NCBI GenBank assembly: GCA_043228905.1
Contig: JBHGNT010000021.1
Coordinates: forward strand, 10,168,001 to 10,232,000
DNA: 64,000 nucleotides
DNA from: Azolla caroliniana
Lineage: Eukaryota; Plantae; Polypodiophyta
Direction: 5' to 3'
The translations under genes and the position numbers were made by a program. Shown here piece by piece: positions 1 through 11,027 of this stretch. Positions within the stretch are counted from its first letter, which is position 1. Each line of letters begins with the position of its first letter. The notes beneath the pieces were generated by a model, which made no database searches, was not told where the DNA came from, and saw only the letters and a program-made list of their open reading frames with translations.

Positions 1-1841
1 TGGACCCGCTGTTCTGCGCGGTCTGCCTCTTCCTTCTTCAGCCGAACTCCGGAGAGGCTTTCTAGCACTAGCAGCTAGAATCCGGAGTCCTTCACCTTCT
101 GGGTCTCATCACCCCTGACCCGAATTCCCGCCGACACTAAGTAGTTAACGGCTTCTACATGTCGTGTCGCGGCCTCTTCCATGAACCTCTTCATTCCGCC
201 GCACCCCGTATTCAGTTCTAGGGCTCTCCGATTCTCGCTCGCGTGCACCCGCGCGTTCCAGAGGTACACCACGTTGGTATTGAGTGCTTTGGTGAAATCC
301 GCGCAATCCTTCCAAATGTGACCGATCGTGTCATACCACATGCACCGTTGCCCAGCCGGCAGCCTCCAGTCGCGAGGTTGTTCGCCGCTGTCTCTCCGGG
401 CCTATGCGATCTACAGGTCGCACACCATCTGTGTCAGCTCCTCCAGAGCCGCTCCTCCGGATGGGCCTTTGACCACGTCATTCGATGCCAACCCCGACTC
501 CAGCCAAATTCGGGTCTCTTCCTTCCTACCGACTGGCACCGATATCGGCTCCTCGAGCCTCCTCGCCAGGACCGGTCCTGACTCCGACGAGCTTTCGTCG
601 CTCCACTCGCGCCATTTGTCGAAACGGCTGCAGACCTGTTTTACCACGGCCTAGTCTGCCGTGAGCCCTTGGTCCATCTCCAATAGGGGACCCACCTTTT
701 GCCTGTCAAGCGCATTCACCGACTTGACAAACAATAGTACTCGACTCGTTTCGAGCACGGTCCAGTCCAGAGTCGACAGCCGCGCGAATCATTTTTCGAA
801 CTCCTGGAGGAGCACCGAGGTGTTCCTCCCCTTTCCGGAGCTTCCCACCCACGCCATGAAGTCCCGCCTCGACAGCCGAAGCGAGTCATCAAACCCGTAC
901 TTCTTGAGGAGCTGCAGCTCAAACTCCTCCCAAGTTTGGCATCCGGCCAGCACCTCGAGCACCTCCGCATGGATGCTCGGCGTCACCACCCAAGGGAATC
1001 CGGACAGCCGCCTGTCCACCGGGATTTCCCTCATGATCATTTCGGCCCGGTAAGCCTCCAAATAACTTGTGGGATTCTTCCCACCGATTCAATGGCTATG
1101 TCGAGGGTACCCATCCCCTCGCGAGCGCTCACCAGCCAGTTGACGGCTACCGCCATTGCCTCTGTTAGCTCTGATCCCCTCATCTTCTGACTCCTTTGCC
1201 GCCTGTTCACGTCGGGTTCACCAATTAGGTCGCGAAGTTTCGTGTAGGAAGAGGCGGGACCACGAGGGTCTTGGACCAAGGAGAGAGTGAGAGAGAAAGA
1301 GAGAGTTGCAGACACACAAAAAGAAAAGAAGATCAAGAAACAGGAATCCGATTACTATAATCAGTAGCTTACCACTCGAACGGTTACAACCGGCAAACCG
1401 GTAATGGACCTGACACAGGGTCCTACTCACGCACACAGACGACAGCCACTCGACTCAAAGAAACAAAAAAAAGCGGGGAGAGCCTCTGCTGGAAGCACAC
1501 GGACTGTCCACGAAGCAGAGGCAGCGAACTCCCGACACCCACAGAGAACGACGATCGGAGGAGAAGAGAGAGCTCGGCACTCAGTTCTGCAACAGCACTT
1601 CGTCCTCGCCAACGCGCGATCCCCTTTTCTCCCTTCTCTCCCTCCTTAAATAGTTTATTCCCTGACCCTTTTGACAGAGATGCACACAAATCCCCTAATA
1701 AATGTGTACTACCTAGTATTTACATCAGACGACCTAATTATGAATCATGTACAAAATATCAATTCTCGCATCCACCAATGTAAGAGCCGGTTCATGCGCC
1801 TTTTTCTCCGATTCCGCCTAGGGCCGGTTTTCTTCACGACA
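1..1841 (-). mobile_element. Ty3/gypsy-type LTR retrotransposon, 5' part (5' LTR ~1228-1841, tRNA-Trp PBS, degenerate gag); runs off the left window edge
   Basis: LTR ends ...TTCACGACA at 1841, like the LTRs at 47863-48693 and 46790-47313. PBS at 1206-1223. Broken gag ORFs 1037-1336, 789-1061, 411-647 and 75-341, with a degenerate zinc knuckle (CMWYDTIGHIWKDC). Inserted into the 3' region of the Copia that follows. Confidence 0.8.
1206..1223 (-). promoter_or_regulatory. Primer-binding site complementary to plant cytosolic tRNA-Trp 3' end
   Basis: Plus strand TTCACGTCGGGTTCACCA matches, from memory, the 3' 18 nt of plant tRNA-Trp. It lies a few nt inside the LTR end. Confidence 0.8.
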
Positions 1842-4800
1842 CCGGCTCCTTCTGGCGTTGCTCCGCCTCGCTCACGTTCCTCGTCCGGTCCGGTCTTGTT
1901 TGCCGCAACCCTTCTGGTTCTGCGCACCTTGAACTCCTCGGTCAGCTTGACTGCTCAACAGGCCCATTTCAGCTCCCTCACTGTTGCGACTCCGGCGCTT
2001 ATCGACCGGTTGGTTCCTTCGTGTTGGTGTCGACTTCCGTTGCATCTGTGCCCACTTAGCCTTTAGTTGATCCGGTTTCTCCGAATCTTGAACCGAGTCG
2101 GTTTCCTTCGATTCGTTCCAGCTCTTGCCCAAGTCGGTGTTCTCCAAATTGTCTTCCGGTTTCAGGCCCTTCACCACATTCGGGTCTTGGCCGTTTTCTT
2201 CTGGTCGCCTCTGTCCTTCTTGACTCTGTTGCCGCTGCCACTTGTTTTGACCTTTTTGGAAGTGTCGACTCCTTCGGTCGGCTCGGCTTCCTTTTTCCTC
2301 TTGTTACCCCGTTTGTTGGTTCTTTCTTCCTCTCCGGCTCCTTGTCCGGTGCCATCAGTTCCCTTTCCTTTTCTCCCCCTCAAGTGCGGCACATCGAGAT
2401 GTTGAACACCAACCATTTAGATGAAGTGCTGCAACTTGTCTGATCTGAGCGGTTTGGTGAAGATATCCGCAATTTGCCGATCTGTCTGAATATACCGAAG
2501 TTCTACTTCACCGCTCACACACAAAGTGATAGTGGACTTCTATGTGCTTCGTCCGAGCATGAAACCGGTCCAGAGTTGGGACAGAGCTTTTGGTTCCGGT
2601 CCAGGGGTGTGGAGACAGGTCGGCACTCTGTCATACTGAACTTGTACAGCATATTCAACACATAGTGTCGTTGTGAGAGAAATATGTTGTCGAGGGTTCG
2701 GATCACCTCAATCCCAAGAAAATGATGAAGGTCCCCTAGGTCCTTCATTTCAAATGCGTCCGACAATTGGGACTTTACTCGACCGATTTCATTGAGTCCG
2801 GGTCCGGTGATGACTAAATCATCAACATAAAGTAGGATGCAAACCGGACCGTCCGGACCTTGCCGGATGAACAACGACGAGTCGGATTTAGAGGTCACAA
2901 AACCCATCTTACGCAACCGGTGCGTGATCTTCGCATTCCAAGCTCGGGGTGCTTGTTCCAGGCCGTAAAGCGACTTCTTGAGCCGGCACACCGCCGACTT
3001 GTTCATCTCCGACTAAAAACCGAGAGGTTGGATCATATAGACCCGTTCTTCAAGGTCACCTTGAAGAAACACATTCTTCACATCCATCTGGTGAAGATGC
3101 CACCCCCTTGCTGCAGCAACTGCCAGTACCACACGAACCATCGTCATGTTCGCTACCGGGGCGAAGGTCTCATCATAATCAATTCCCTAGGTCCATGCGT
3201 ATCCCTTCGCCACTAACCGGGCCTTGTACCAGTTAACTGAACCGTCGGCATTGTACTTTACCTTGTACACCCATTTGCAACCGATCAGTTTATAGTGTCG
3301 GGGAGGGTCAACGAGGTCCCATGTGTCGTTGGCATCTAGTGCCCGCATTTCTTCCTCCATAGTGGCATGCCAATTTGTGTCCTTTGCCGCTTCTGCGTAG
3401 CTCTCCAGCTCACGCACTTCCGCTACCTTAGTCATGAACACATAATGATGCGCCATGTACTCATTGTACCTGTACTGCGTAACAGGGGTTCTTCAGTAGG
3501 AAGACCGGCGTAACTTGGTATTACTCGGTTTGGGGCCCTTCTTGGCCAGGTCGAACTTCGTTCCCGAAGATCCGCCTTCATCCTTTCCGAAGTCGGATTT
3601 GCTCCGATCTGACTCAACGTTGCCGGTTTCGTATTCCGGCATCTTCTTCTTCCCCTTCTCTTTGCGCGTGAACCGTCTCCTCAGTTCCTTGCGCGGGGAG
3701 AGCACTGGAGAGCACATCTCCTCGGTTCCTCATGAGACTGGTCATCCCGACTCAGCTGTTCATTCAGTCCACTTAGCCGGAATGAGATCGGACTCTCTTC
3801 TAGAGTGTCGAAGTCTTCATCTTCTACCTGGATCTCCTCGGGCTGATTAGTCTCATCTTCCAGAATCGGGTCTTCATCGGGAGTTGGAGTCGGTAAGGAG
3901 TACCATGATGTCGTCTCATCAAACTCGACATCTCGACTTACTCGGTCCTGCTTAGTTCGGGGGTTATAGCCCTTATACCCCTTTTGCTCATGCGAGTAAC
4001 CGACTAGAATGCACTTCTCCGACTTCGGATCTAGCTTCCTCCGCTTCTCATCTGGTACATGCACATATGTTATGCTACTGAATATCCGAAGGTGTCTCAA
4101 ATTCAGCTTTCACCCGAAATACAGCTCATGTGTTGACACCTTGTCACCGATCCAAATTTGGATGTAGACAGTCGTCCAGACCGCCTTGGCCCAGTAGAAA
4201 TGGAGCATGCTCTTCTCCTCCAGCATTGCCCTTGTTGCGTCGACAATCAACCGGTTCTTCCTTTTGGCCACACCGTTTTGCTCCGGTGTATACCTGTAGC
4301 TGAATTCTCTTCGAATTCCGTTCTGATGTAGATAACTGTTGAATTGGCTAGAAAAGTATTCTTTCCCGCCATCTGACCGCAAGCACTTGATCTTCCTCTC
4401 CATTTCCCGTTCAACCAAGCTTTGAAGGTTCCAGAAACACTCAAAGACTTCACTCTTCCTCTCAATGAGGTAGATCCATGTGTGACGGTTGTAGTCATTG
4501 ATGAAGGAGACAAAATACCGACTCCCGCCAAGACTAACGTTTTGTGTCAGTCCCCATACATCCGAATGGATTAAATCAAGCTTGTTATGGCTCCGGTTTC
4601 GATCGGTGGGGAATGGAAGCCAATGTTGCTTCTCGAGTTGGTAGGCTTCACAAATTTCGGCCTTCCGGCCGTTAAATTTCGGCAAACCGAAAATGACTTG
4701 TTTCGATTGCAGGTCTTTAAGCCTCTGATAATTGATGTGGCCGACCCGCTTGTGCCACAGGTCGATGTCTGATACGACCTTTTGCCCTTTCGCAAACATA

Positions 4801-5642
4801 GCGGTGCCGACATCATTAGTGTTGAGGATGAACATCCTCCCATCTTTGTGCCCTTGCGCAATTATCCGGCCCTCTTCCTCGATGAAGCACCCTAACACCA
4901 GGTTCTTTGTGATAGTCGGAATTAAACCACACCTGCATCCCCTGGTCGACGATTTGTCCAACTAACACCAGGTTCTTTGTGATAGTCGGAACGTGTAGTA
5001 CGTTCATCAGCTTCCCCTTTTGTCCGACATGGCTTAAAGGGACTTCTCCGACATGCACAATCGGGTGAGGGGTGTCATCTCCGGTTTCGATAATCTCCGA
5101 TTGTTCCGGTTTCTCCAAAAAACAGAACCACTCTTCATGGCTCGTCATGTGGTTGGACGCTCCGGAATCAACGTACCATACTTCCTCCGATCCAGAAGCA
5201 GTCTTCTTCATCAAGTTAGCCTTGTGCTTCATCACGAAGGTTAGCCCTTTACCGGTTTTCCTGGTTCCTGATCCTTCCGCGTAGTGCGAGCTTTGTCGGT
5301 TCTCCCAACCGGTTTTGCCGGATCCGGATTTGTTTGAATCGGCGCGCTTCTTCCAACACTCCCTTTCCCTGTGGCCCTTTTTGCCACTATACCAACATTC
5401 CATGTCAGCCTTTCCTTGCCGGTTCCCGGCGCCGCTTTGACTCCCCCTGCTTGTGGAGGGTCCGGAACTGCTGTCGACACACCCTTTGTGCCTCCAGTCC
5501 TGCTCTTGGTGGCCGCTTCCATTTCATGCCGACCCACCTCGTCCACCACGTCCATGGGGCCGATCTGTCTCTGTGTACAACATCCGGCCGTCCAATTGAG
5601 TGGTCCTTGACCCACTCGCGTGGTTTTCTTCGACCATCAGCA
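1842..5642 (-). mobile_element. Degenerate Ty1/copia internal region (gag end, protease, integrase, RT, partly deleted RNase H, 3' extension)
   Basis: Zinc knuckle ECWYSGKKGHREREC, protease WYVDSGASNHMT, integrase LIHSDVWG and PEQNGVA, RT LKKSLYGLEQAPRAW and LYVDDLVI. Many stops and frameshifts. Colinear with the copy at 51669-56682. Confidence 0.93.
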
Positions 5643-7231
5643 GATACTGTTCCAACCTTTGATTTGTTCGTTCTGCTTGGCTGTGTGTTTGAGGGTGATA
5701 GCCATAGGAGAGGTTACAAGTGATCTTGAGCATTTTGAAGAGATGCTTCTAGAATTTCGAGATGAATTGAGGCCCACGGTCGCGGATGATACTATCCGGG
5801 AGGCCCTGATGCCGAAATACCTCATGCATGACAATTTCAGTAGTTTCTTCACTAGTGATAGCCTTAGTACAACGCAAAAAATGTGCCATCTTAATATATC
5901 GATCCACTATTGTTAAGATCGCATCGAATCCCTTTGAAACTGGAAGATCTGTGATAAAATCTAGAGAAATAGAATGCCACGGCTTGCTTGGAATTGGTAA
6001 TGGTTCCAATAAACCATATGGATGATGTCTTTACACCATTAATCCATCCTAAAAGACTCAAGATAAGGGGAAGTGCATACCTATTCCTGATGCTGACCTT
6101 ATTCAAGCCACGATAATCTACGACGAGACGAACTGATCCATCCTTTTTCATGACAAAGAAAATGGGTGCGCCGGCTAGAGATTTTGAATGTCAAATGAAC
6201 CCATTTGCTAAATTCTCCTCTATGTAGGCTCAAAGGACTTCTAGCTCAGTTGGTGACAAGTTGTAGATTGGTCCCAATGATGGCTCTTTTCCTGGTTGTA
6301 AATCAATGGGACAATCATACGGTAGATGGTGACGAAGAGTATTGGCTTGTACCTTATCAAACACGTCGGCATAATGACAATACTTCTTTGGAAGTTGAAC
6401 TATGGATTCCTCTTTAGCGGTGCAGGAAGGTTTTACTGATACCGCAAATACAAACATTGATTCTGTGTGTCCTTCCTCACATAGTTGATGTAGCGAAATG
6501 ATTGAAACCTTATGAGTAGATTCTCAAGTTTGTCGATACCGGATTTCTCTTGTTCTCCGATCTATGTCCGGATTGTGTAACTCGAGCCATGGTAACCCCA
6601 AAACTATGGGATGTTCTAGACTACTAATTATATTGAATGATACTACACATGTCAAATTATCTAGGACAACACTAATTGGCTTTGACTCTTCTACGATATT
6701 TCCGGAAGCAATGGGCGATCATCAATGACTACTACAAAGGCTGGGCAATGGAGTTTTCTTAGGGATATCTGATGAGCTTGGGCAAAATTCTTATCCATGA
6801 AGCAAGAATTAGCTCCAGAATCTAGGAGTGCTAAGACATGTACTGAAGGGATACTTTTAGTACTAATAGTTACTTGAGCTAGGAAGACATTGCCAACTTT
6901 CTTAGAGGGAATAGAACCACTAATGGGTTGCACAGATTTAGGGTTGTCCAACCAAACGGCTCCTATTTTTGCTGGACTTAGTCGTTTAACTCTTCCTCTA
7001 ACTAACTAAGGACTTCAAATTTGTTCGATAGACTTGGGCTATTAGTACTATTAGAACTATCAGACACTCCTACCAAAATAGACTCAGGTTTAGTACAAAC
7101 TACTATTTGATTTACCTGTCTCCTTGGCCTATGTGGATAGTTTATTGTGATATGCCCTAGTCCTCCATAGTAAAGACATAATCGATTTACTCGGCGTGGT
7201 TGCTTTTCTTCTTCCGACAATGGTTCACGAC
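5643..7231 (-). mobile_element. Deleted Ty3/gypsy (chromovirus-like) internal fragment: gag knuckle, protease, RT start, integrase core
   Basis: LCLYYGGLGH knuckle; ALLDSGANSCF protease; [18 protein letters not shown] start; [14 protein letters not shown] and YHPQTHSQAERTNQRLEQYL integrase. Most of RT and RNase H is missing. Confidence 0.88.
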
Positions 7232-7402
7232 AAACCGGGTCCGCCATCTAAGACAACTCGTCATCTTAAGGGGGGGGGGGGGGGGGTAGTGTCATGATAT
7301 GGCATGGTATGGCTCTAAAGGGATTCAAGCCCATGACCTTGTGTTCTTGTATCTTTCTTCATATAATATAATATACTTCTTGTTGTCATAATTATCTCTC
7401 TT

Positions 7403-7447
<45 letters not shown>

Positions 7448-7794
7448 CCTCTCGTGATTCTCACACCTCTTTCCCTTCTTAGTACTAATCCTCATTCTTC
7501 TCCGCTATCTTTAGTACTAATGCTCCTTGCCTCTAGTATTATCCCTGACAGTTTGAACCGAATTGGTTCGGAATAATGCCTTATGCCTCTATTTATAGTG
7601 TTGTCGAGATTATTCTTGAAGTTTCTAGAATGTTCCAGAGTAATCTAGAATATACATGAATTTCCTATAGAAATAATAAATGAAACTAATATCTTTCGTA
7701 TGACGATTCATGGTTTATGACAAGGGTTCAGCCCATGTAACACAAGGTCAAGGGTTCAAATCCATTCAGAGCCATACCATGCCATATCATGACA
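7232..7794. mobile_element. Two same-family gypsy LTR remnants in opposite orientation: plus-strand PPT and short LTR (7290-7550) abutting a minus-strand LTR U3 part (7551-7794)
   Basis: A G-run PPT precedes TGTCA at 7290, with a TGACA end at 7550. A minus-strand TATA (CCTCTATTTATAG) lies at ~7587. The first ~56 bp at 7290 are the inverted copy of the last ~56 bp ending at 7794. Confidence 0.6.
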
Positions 7795-8786
7795 AGCTCC
7801 ACCCCGACTCCGAAACAGCATGCAACCCGACATGGTTCCGACAAATAGTTGGAAGCCTCAAATATCTGACCATCACAGCGCATCCAACCATGGAGCACCT
7901 TCAGTGTGTGCACCAAAAACTCGGGTACGTCAACGGCACTAAGGCCAAGGGATTGCTATAGCGGACCGGTGTGGCCGGACAGCTTGTTGGCTACACAGAT
8001 GTCGATTGGGCCGAAAATGTCGGCGATCCTATGTCTACATATGGATATGTGTTTTCACTTGGAAGTGTCGTGGTCGCCTGGAGCAGTAAGAAGCAACCAA
8101 CAATAGCACTTTCGAGCATCGAGGCCGAGTACTGAGGAGCGGCTGTCGCGACATGCGAAGCCATATGGCTCAAGAGGCTCCTAAAGGATCTACATTTGGA
8201 GGTGTTTGATCTGACAACGATCTACTACAACAACCTAAGCAGCATCCAGTTGGCGAAGAACCCTGTTTTTCACACCCAGACCAAGCACATTGAGGTGCAC
8301 TACCATTTTGTCCGTGAGCGTGTACTCCCTAATGAAGTCATACTTGTGTATGTTCCGACGGATTGGCAGACTACTAACATCTTCACCAAACCTCTTGGCC
8401 TGGACAAGTTGCAGCATTTTTCAGAGATGCTTGGTCTTCAGCATCTCGACATGTCGCACTTGAGGGGGAGAAAGGAGAAAACCATAACGAGAACTGGGAA
8501 AACAAGTAATGGTATCGAACAAAGAGCAGGAGAGATAGGGGGAGACAAGAAGAAGAAGGAAGTCGTGTCGACTGAAGAAGTCGACACATCCGATAAAGTC
8601 AGACTTGTATAAAAGGTGTTCTGTAGGACATTTGTATGTACAGTGTTATTATTTTCAATTGCATTTACTATTCTGCTCTCTCAGTCTCTCCCACGTATTC
8701 AAGCTTTCCATTAAACCTCCATTCAGTGTTCTGTTGTTATCCGGACTAGCCGGTTTTGTCTTAGCTTCCGCACATTATATTTTACA
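7795..8786 (+). mobile_element. Ty1/copia RT end, RNase H, start of 3' extension and truncated 3' LTR
   Basis: FRQIVGSLKYLTIT, WSSKKQPT and NPVFHTQTKHIEVHYHFVRE. The end GCTTCCGCAC...TTTTACA (8786) matches the reverse complement of the LTR end at 34807. Confidence 0.85.
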
Positions 8787-9709
8787 GATAGTGCTAGTGG
8801 GGTTGTGACATATTGGAATATGGTAAAGCTTGCATGCAAACACTTTAAGAGAAGAAAAGTGATGGTTTGGGGGGATCCAATAATCAATTTGTACGTTTGA
8901 CTTCCATTGGAATCCCATTTAGGAAGCTAACACTCACCAACCTAACCAAGAATCTAACTCTTAGCAAGTGGTACATAAAGAAGCATTTCTTGGGTTGTTT
9001 GATAATCTGAACAATTGGAAGCACCAACTTGAGAGTTGCCAAAGTTTCTTCACAAAGCATTGTCATTCTCGACGAAGAGAAAAACTAGATGAGAAGAGTG
9101 TAATATACAATCTTAGGGATGTGACTGGAAATAAAAAGTTCAGGAAAAAATCTATAAGATCATGGATAATGATGAAGTGGGAATGACCACATTATTATCT
9201 AAATGTGGCAATTCAAAGGATAATAGTTGAGCAAATTATCAGACATATGGTCATTGACGCCTCAAGGTTGGCTATGAACCTAACTCACATACAAAAGAAA
9301 AAGAAAAAGAATGATGGGGGAACCGACAAAGGAAACTAGTGAAGAAACAAGGAAAAGATGCAAGGGCACTTTAATCATAGTTATAGGGAAACATGAAATT
9401 GTTGTTCAAAGTTGTTCACCATAGAGAAGTGGATGAATCTTAGATGGATTGAAGGACATGGTTGATCGAGTGGCCCAAGAAGTTCTACTAGTCTTAGTGG
9501 GTTTGGTGGTTTAGGCCTAGAGGGAAAATGGATCGTGTAAAGCCATGGCAATAAGTGTCAAGATATCTATCATAGGTCAGTACACGAATTTCAAATGGCT
9601 TGAGCACAGGATACATTGAGTGCACCAAGAAGATCTGACTATCAAAGTAGGTTTGATGGTTTGGGTCTAGAGGGAAAATGGATCATGTAAAACCATGAAA
9701 TAAGTTTTG

Positions 9710-10280
9710 TGATTTAACAAGCATTGCATTAATGTCTCTTCTTTAGGGCATAAACACATCAAATTTGGTTATACTTTGTAGACCAAGTCCTCCATGTCTT
9801 GTAATGTAAACATATTATGCAAGTCATAGGAAACCAATTAATAGTATCAATAAAAGAATCAACATTCCTTGACAAATGAGAGTGATTCTCCAACATGTAG
9901 CCTTGGCTTTGCAAGCTTCTGCCAATATGCATATAAATTTTTTCATTTGAACTAGAATAGTGGGATGAAGAGGGATTTCAGATCTTCTTGGATCTCAATC
10001 AAGTAGTCATATATTCTTTGCTCAACAATATGTTAAAAATCATTGCATTAAGGTAAACGAGAGGAGATGTGAAGGCCTTGGCTTGATCCTTCAAGGTTTC
10101 CAATCCAAGTATGTGTGTGCCTTAATCCTACAAAGGCCATGACGTTGTAAGGCTTATTTATACTTGTTTAATATATTTTGTTGTCTCTGGATGATGGTAC
10201 AAAAAGAAAAAGACCTCCTTGCCAAAATATGGTTTGATTGTTGATGAGCACATGTTAATAAGCCATACCACAAGCACTTC
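9710..10280 (-). pseudogene. Highly degenerate PPR gene relic
   Basis: Short PLS-PPR-like fragments on the minus strand (SACG-like, MY..AKA-like). No open ORF. Confidence 0.3.
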
Positions 10281-11027
10281 AATCTAAAAGTTAACATCTA
10301 ATATATTAATCCTTGTTAATAACATGAATCTTACTATGTGCCAATAGAAACAAAACTACACTTAAACATTTAACTTCAAGATCTTCATTGCAACTATGAT
10401 ACACAATGATAATGAACCAAAATGTATATCACAAAGATTATACAAATGCTAGACAAGGCAACTCTACATATAAATGTTAACACTAGATAACAATAAACAA
10501 GCCCTAGAGAAGATTTACCTTGAAGAAGCTTATGGGCAAGATCAAGATATTTGTAGCCCAAGACGTCAATTTATACCAGACCACCCATGGAGTTTGAGCA
10601 TTGTGTCTTTTTCCTTCTGGATGGTAATAAAGGGCATTTAAATTGTGGCAAGAATGAGTTTTACCACCTCCATCTTGGAGCTACAGTGATGATGGCCATT
10701 TAATGGCATACAATGTAGGAACAGGGAATACTGCACCAAAAGTGGGTTTCCTCAAAAGCTTTCCTAATTTACATGATCGGTTTACAGTTCTATGACTTGA
10801 GTTGAAGTTTCAGGAATATCAACCTAGCATGTATCGTTTCTTAATGACCGAATCAATTTACATACATTTGGGTTAAGATGTTCACCCACAATTCATCATA
10901 TAGGCTTGGCATGGGCAAAGCACATGAGGCAAATGGCTCATTATGTACAAAAATGAATCAGGCAAACTTAAAAGAAACTAAGCTAAGACTAGAACTAGCA
11001 TGAATTCTCATGGTTGAATTCTAAGTG

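Noticed and set aside
1206-1223. tRNA-Trp gene
   Set aside because: Only the 3' 18 nt including CCA are present, next to an LTR, so it is a PBS.
7290-7794. MITE with 56-bp TIRs
   Set aside because: No TSD (GGTAG vs AGCTC). A PPT precedes it and an internal LTR end at 7550 explains it as two inverted LTR pieces.
9499-9706. Pair of ~57-bp direct repeats 150 bp apart as a TRIM-like element
   Set aside because: No TG...CA termini, PBS, PPT or TSD. More likely an old local duplication in TE debris.
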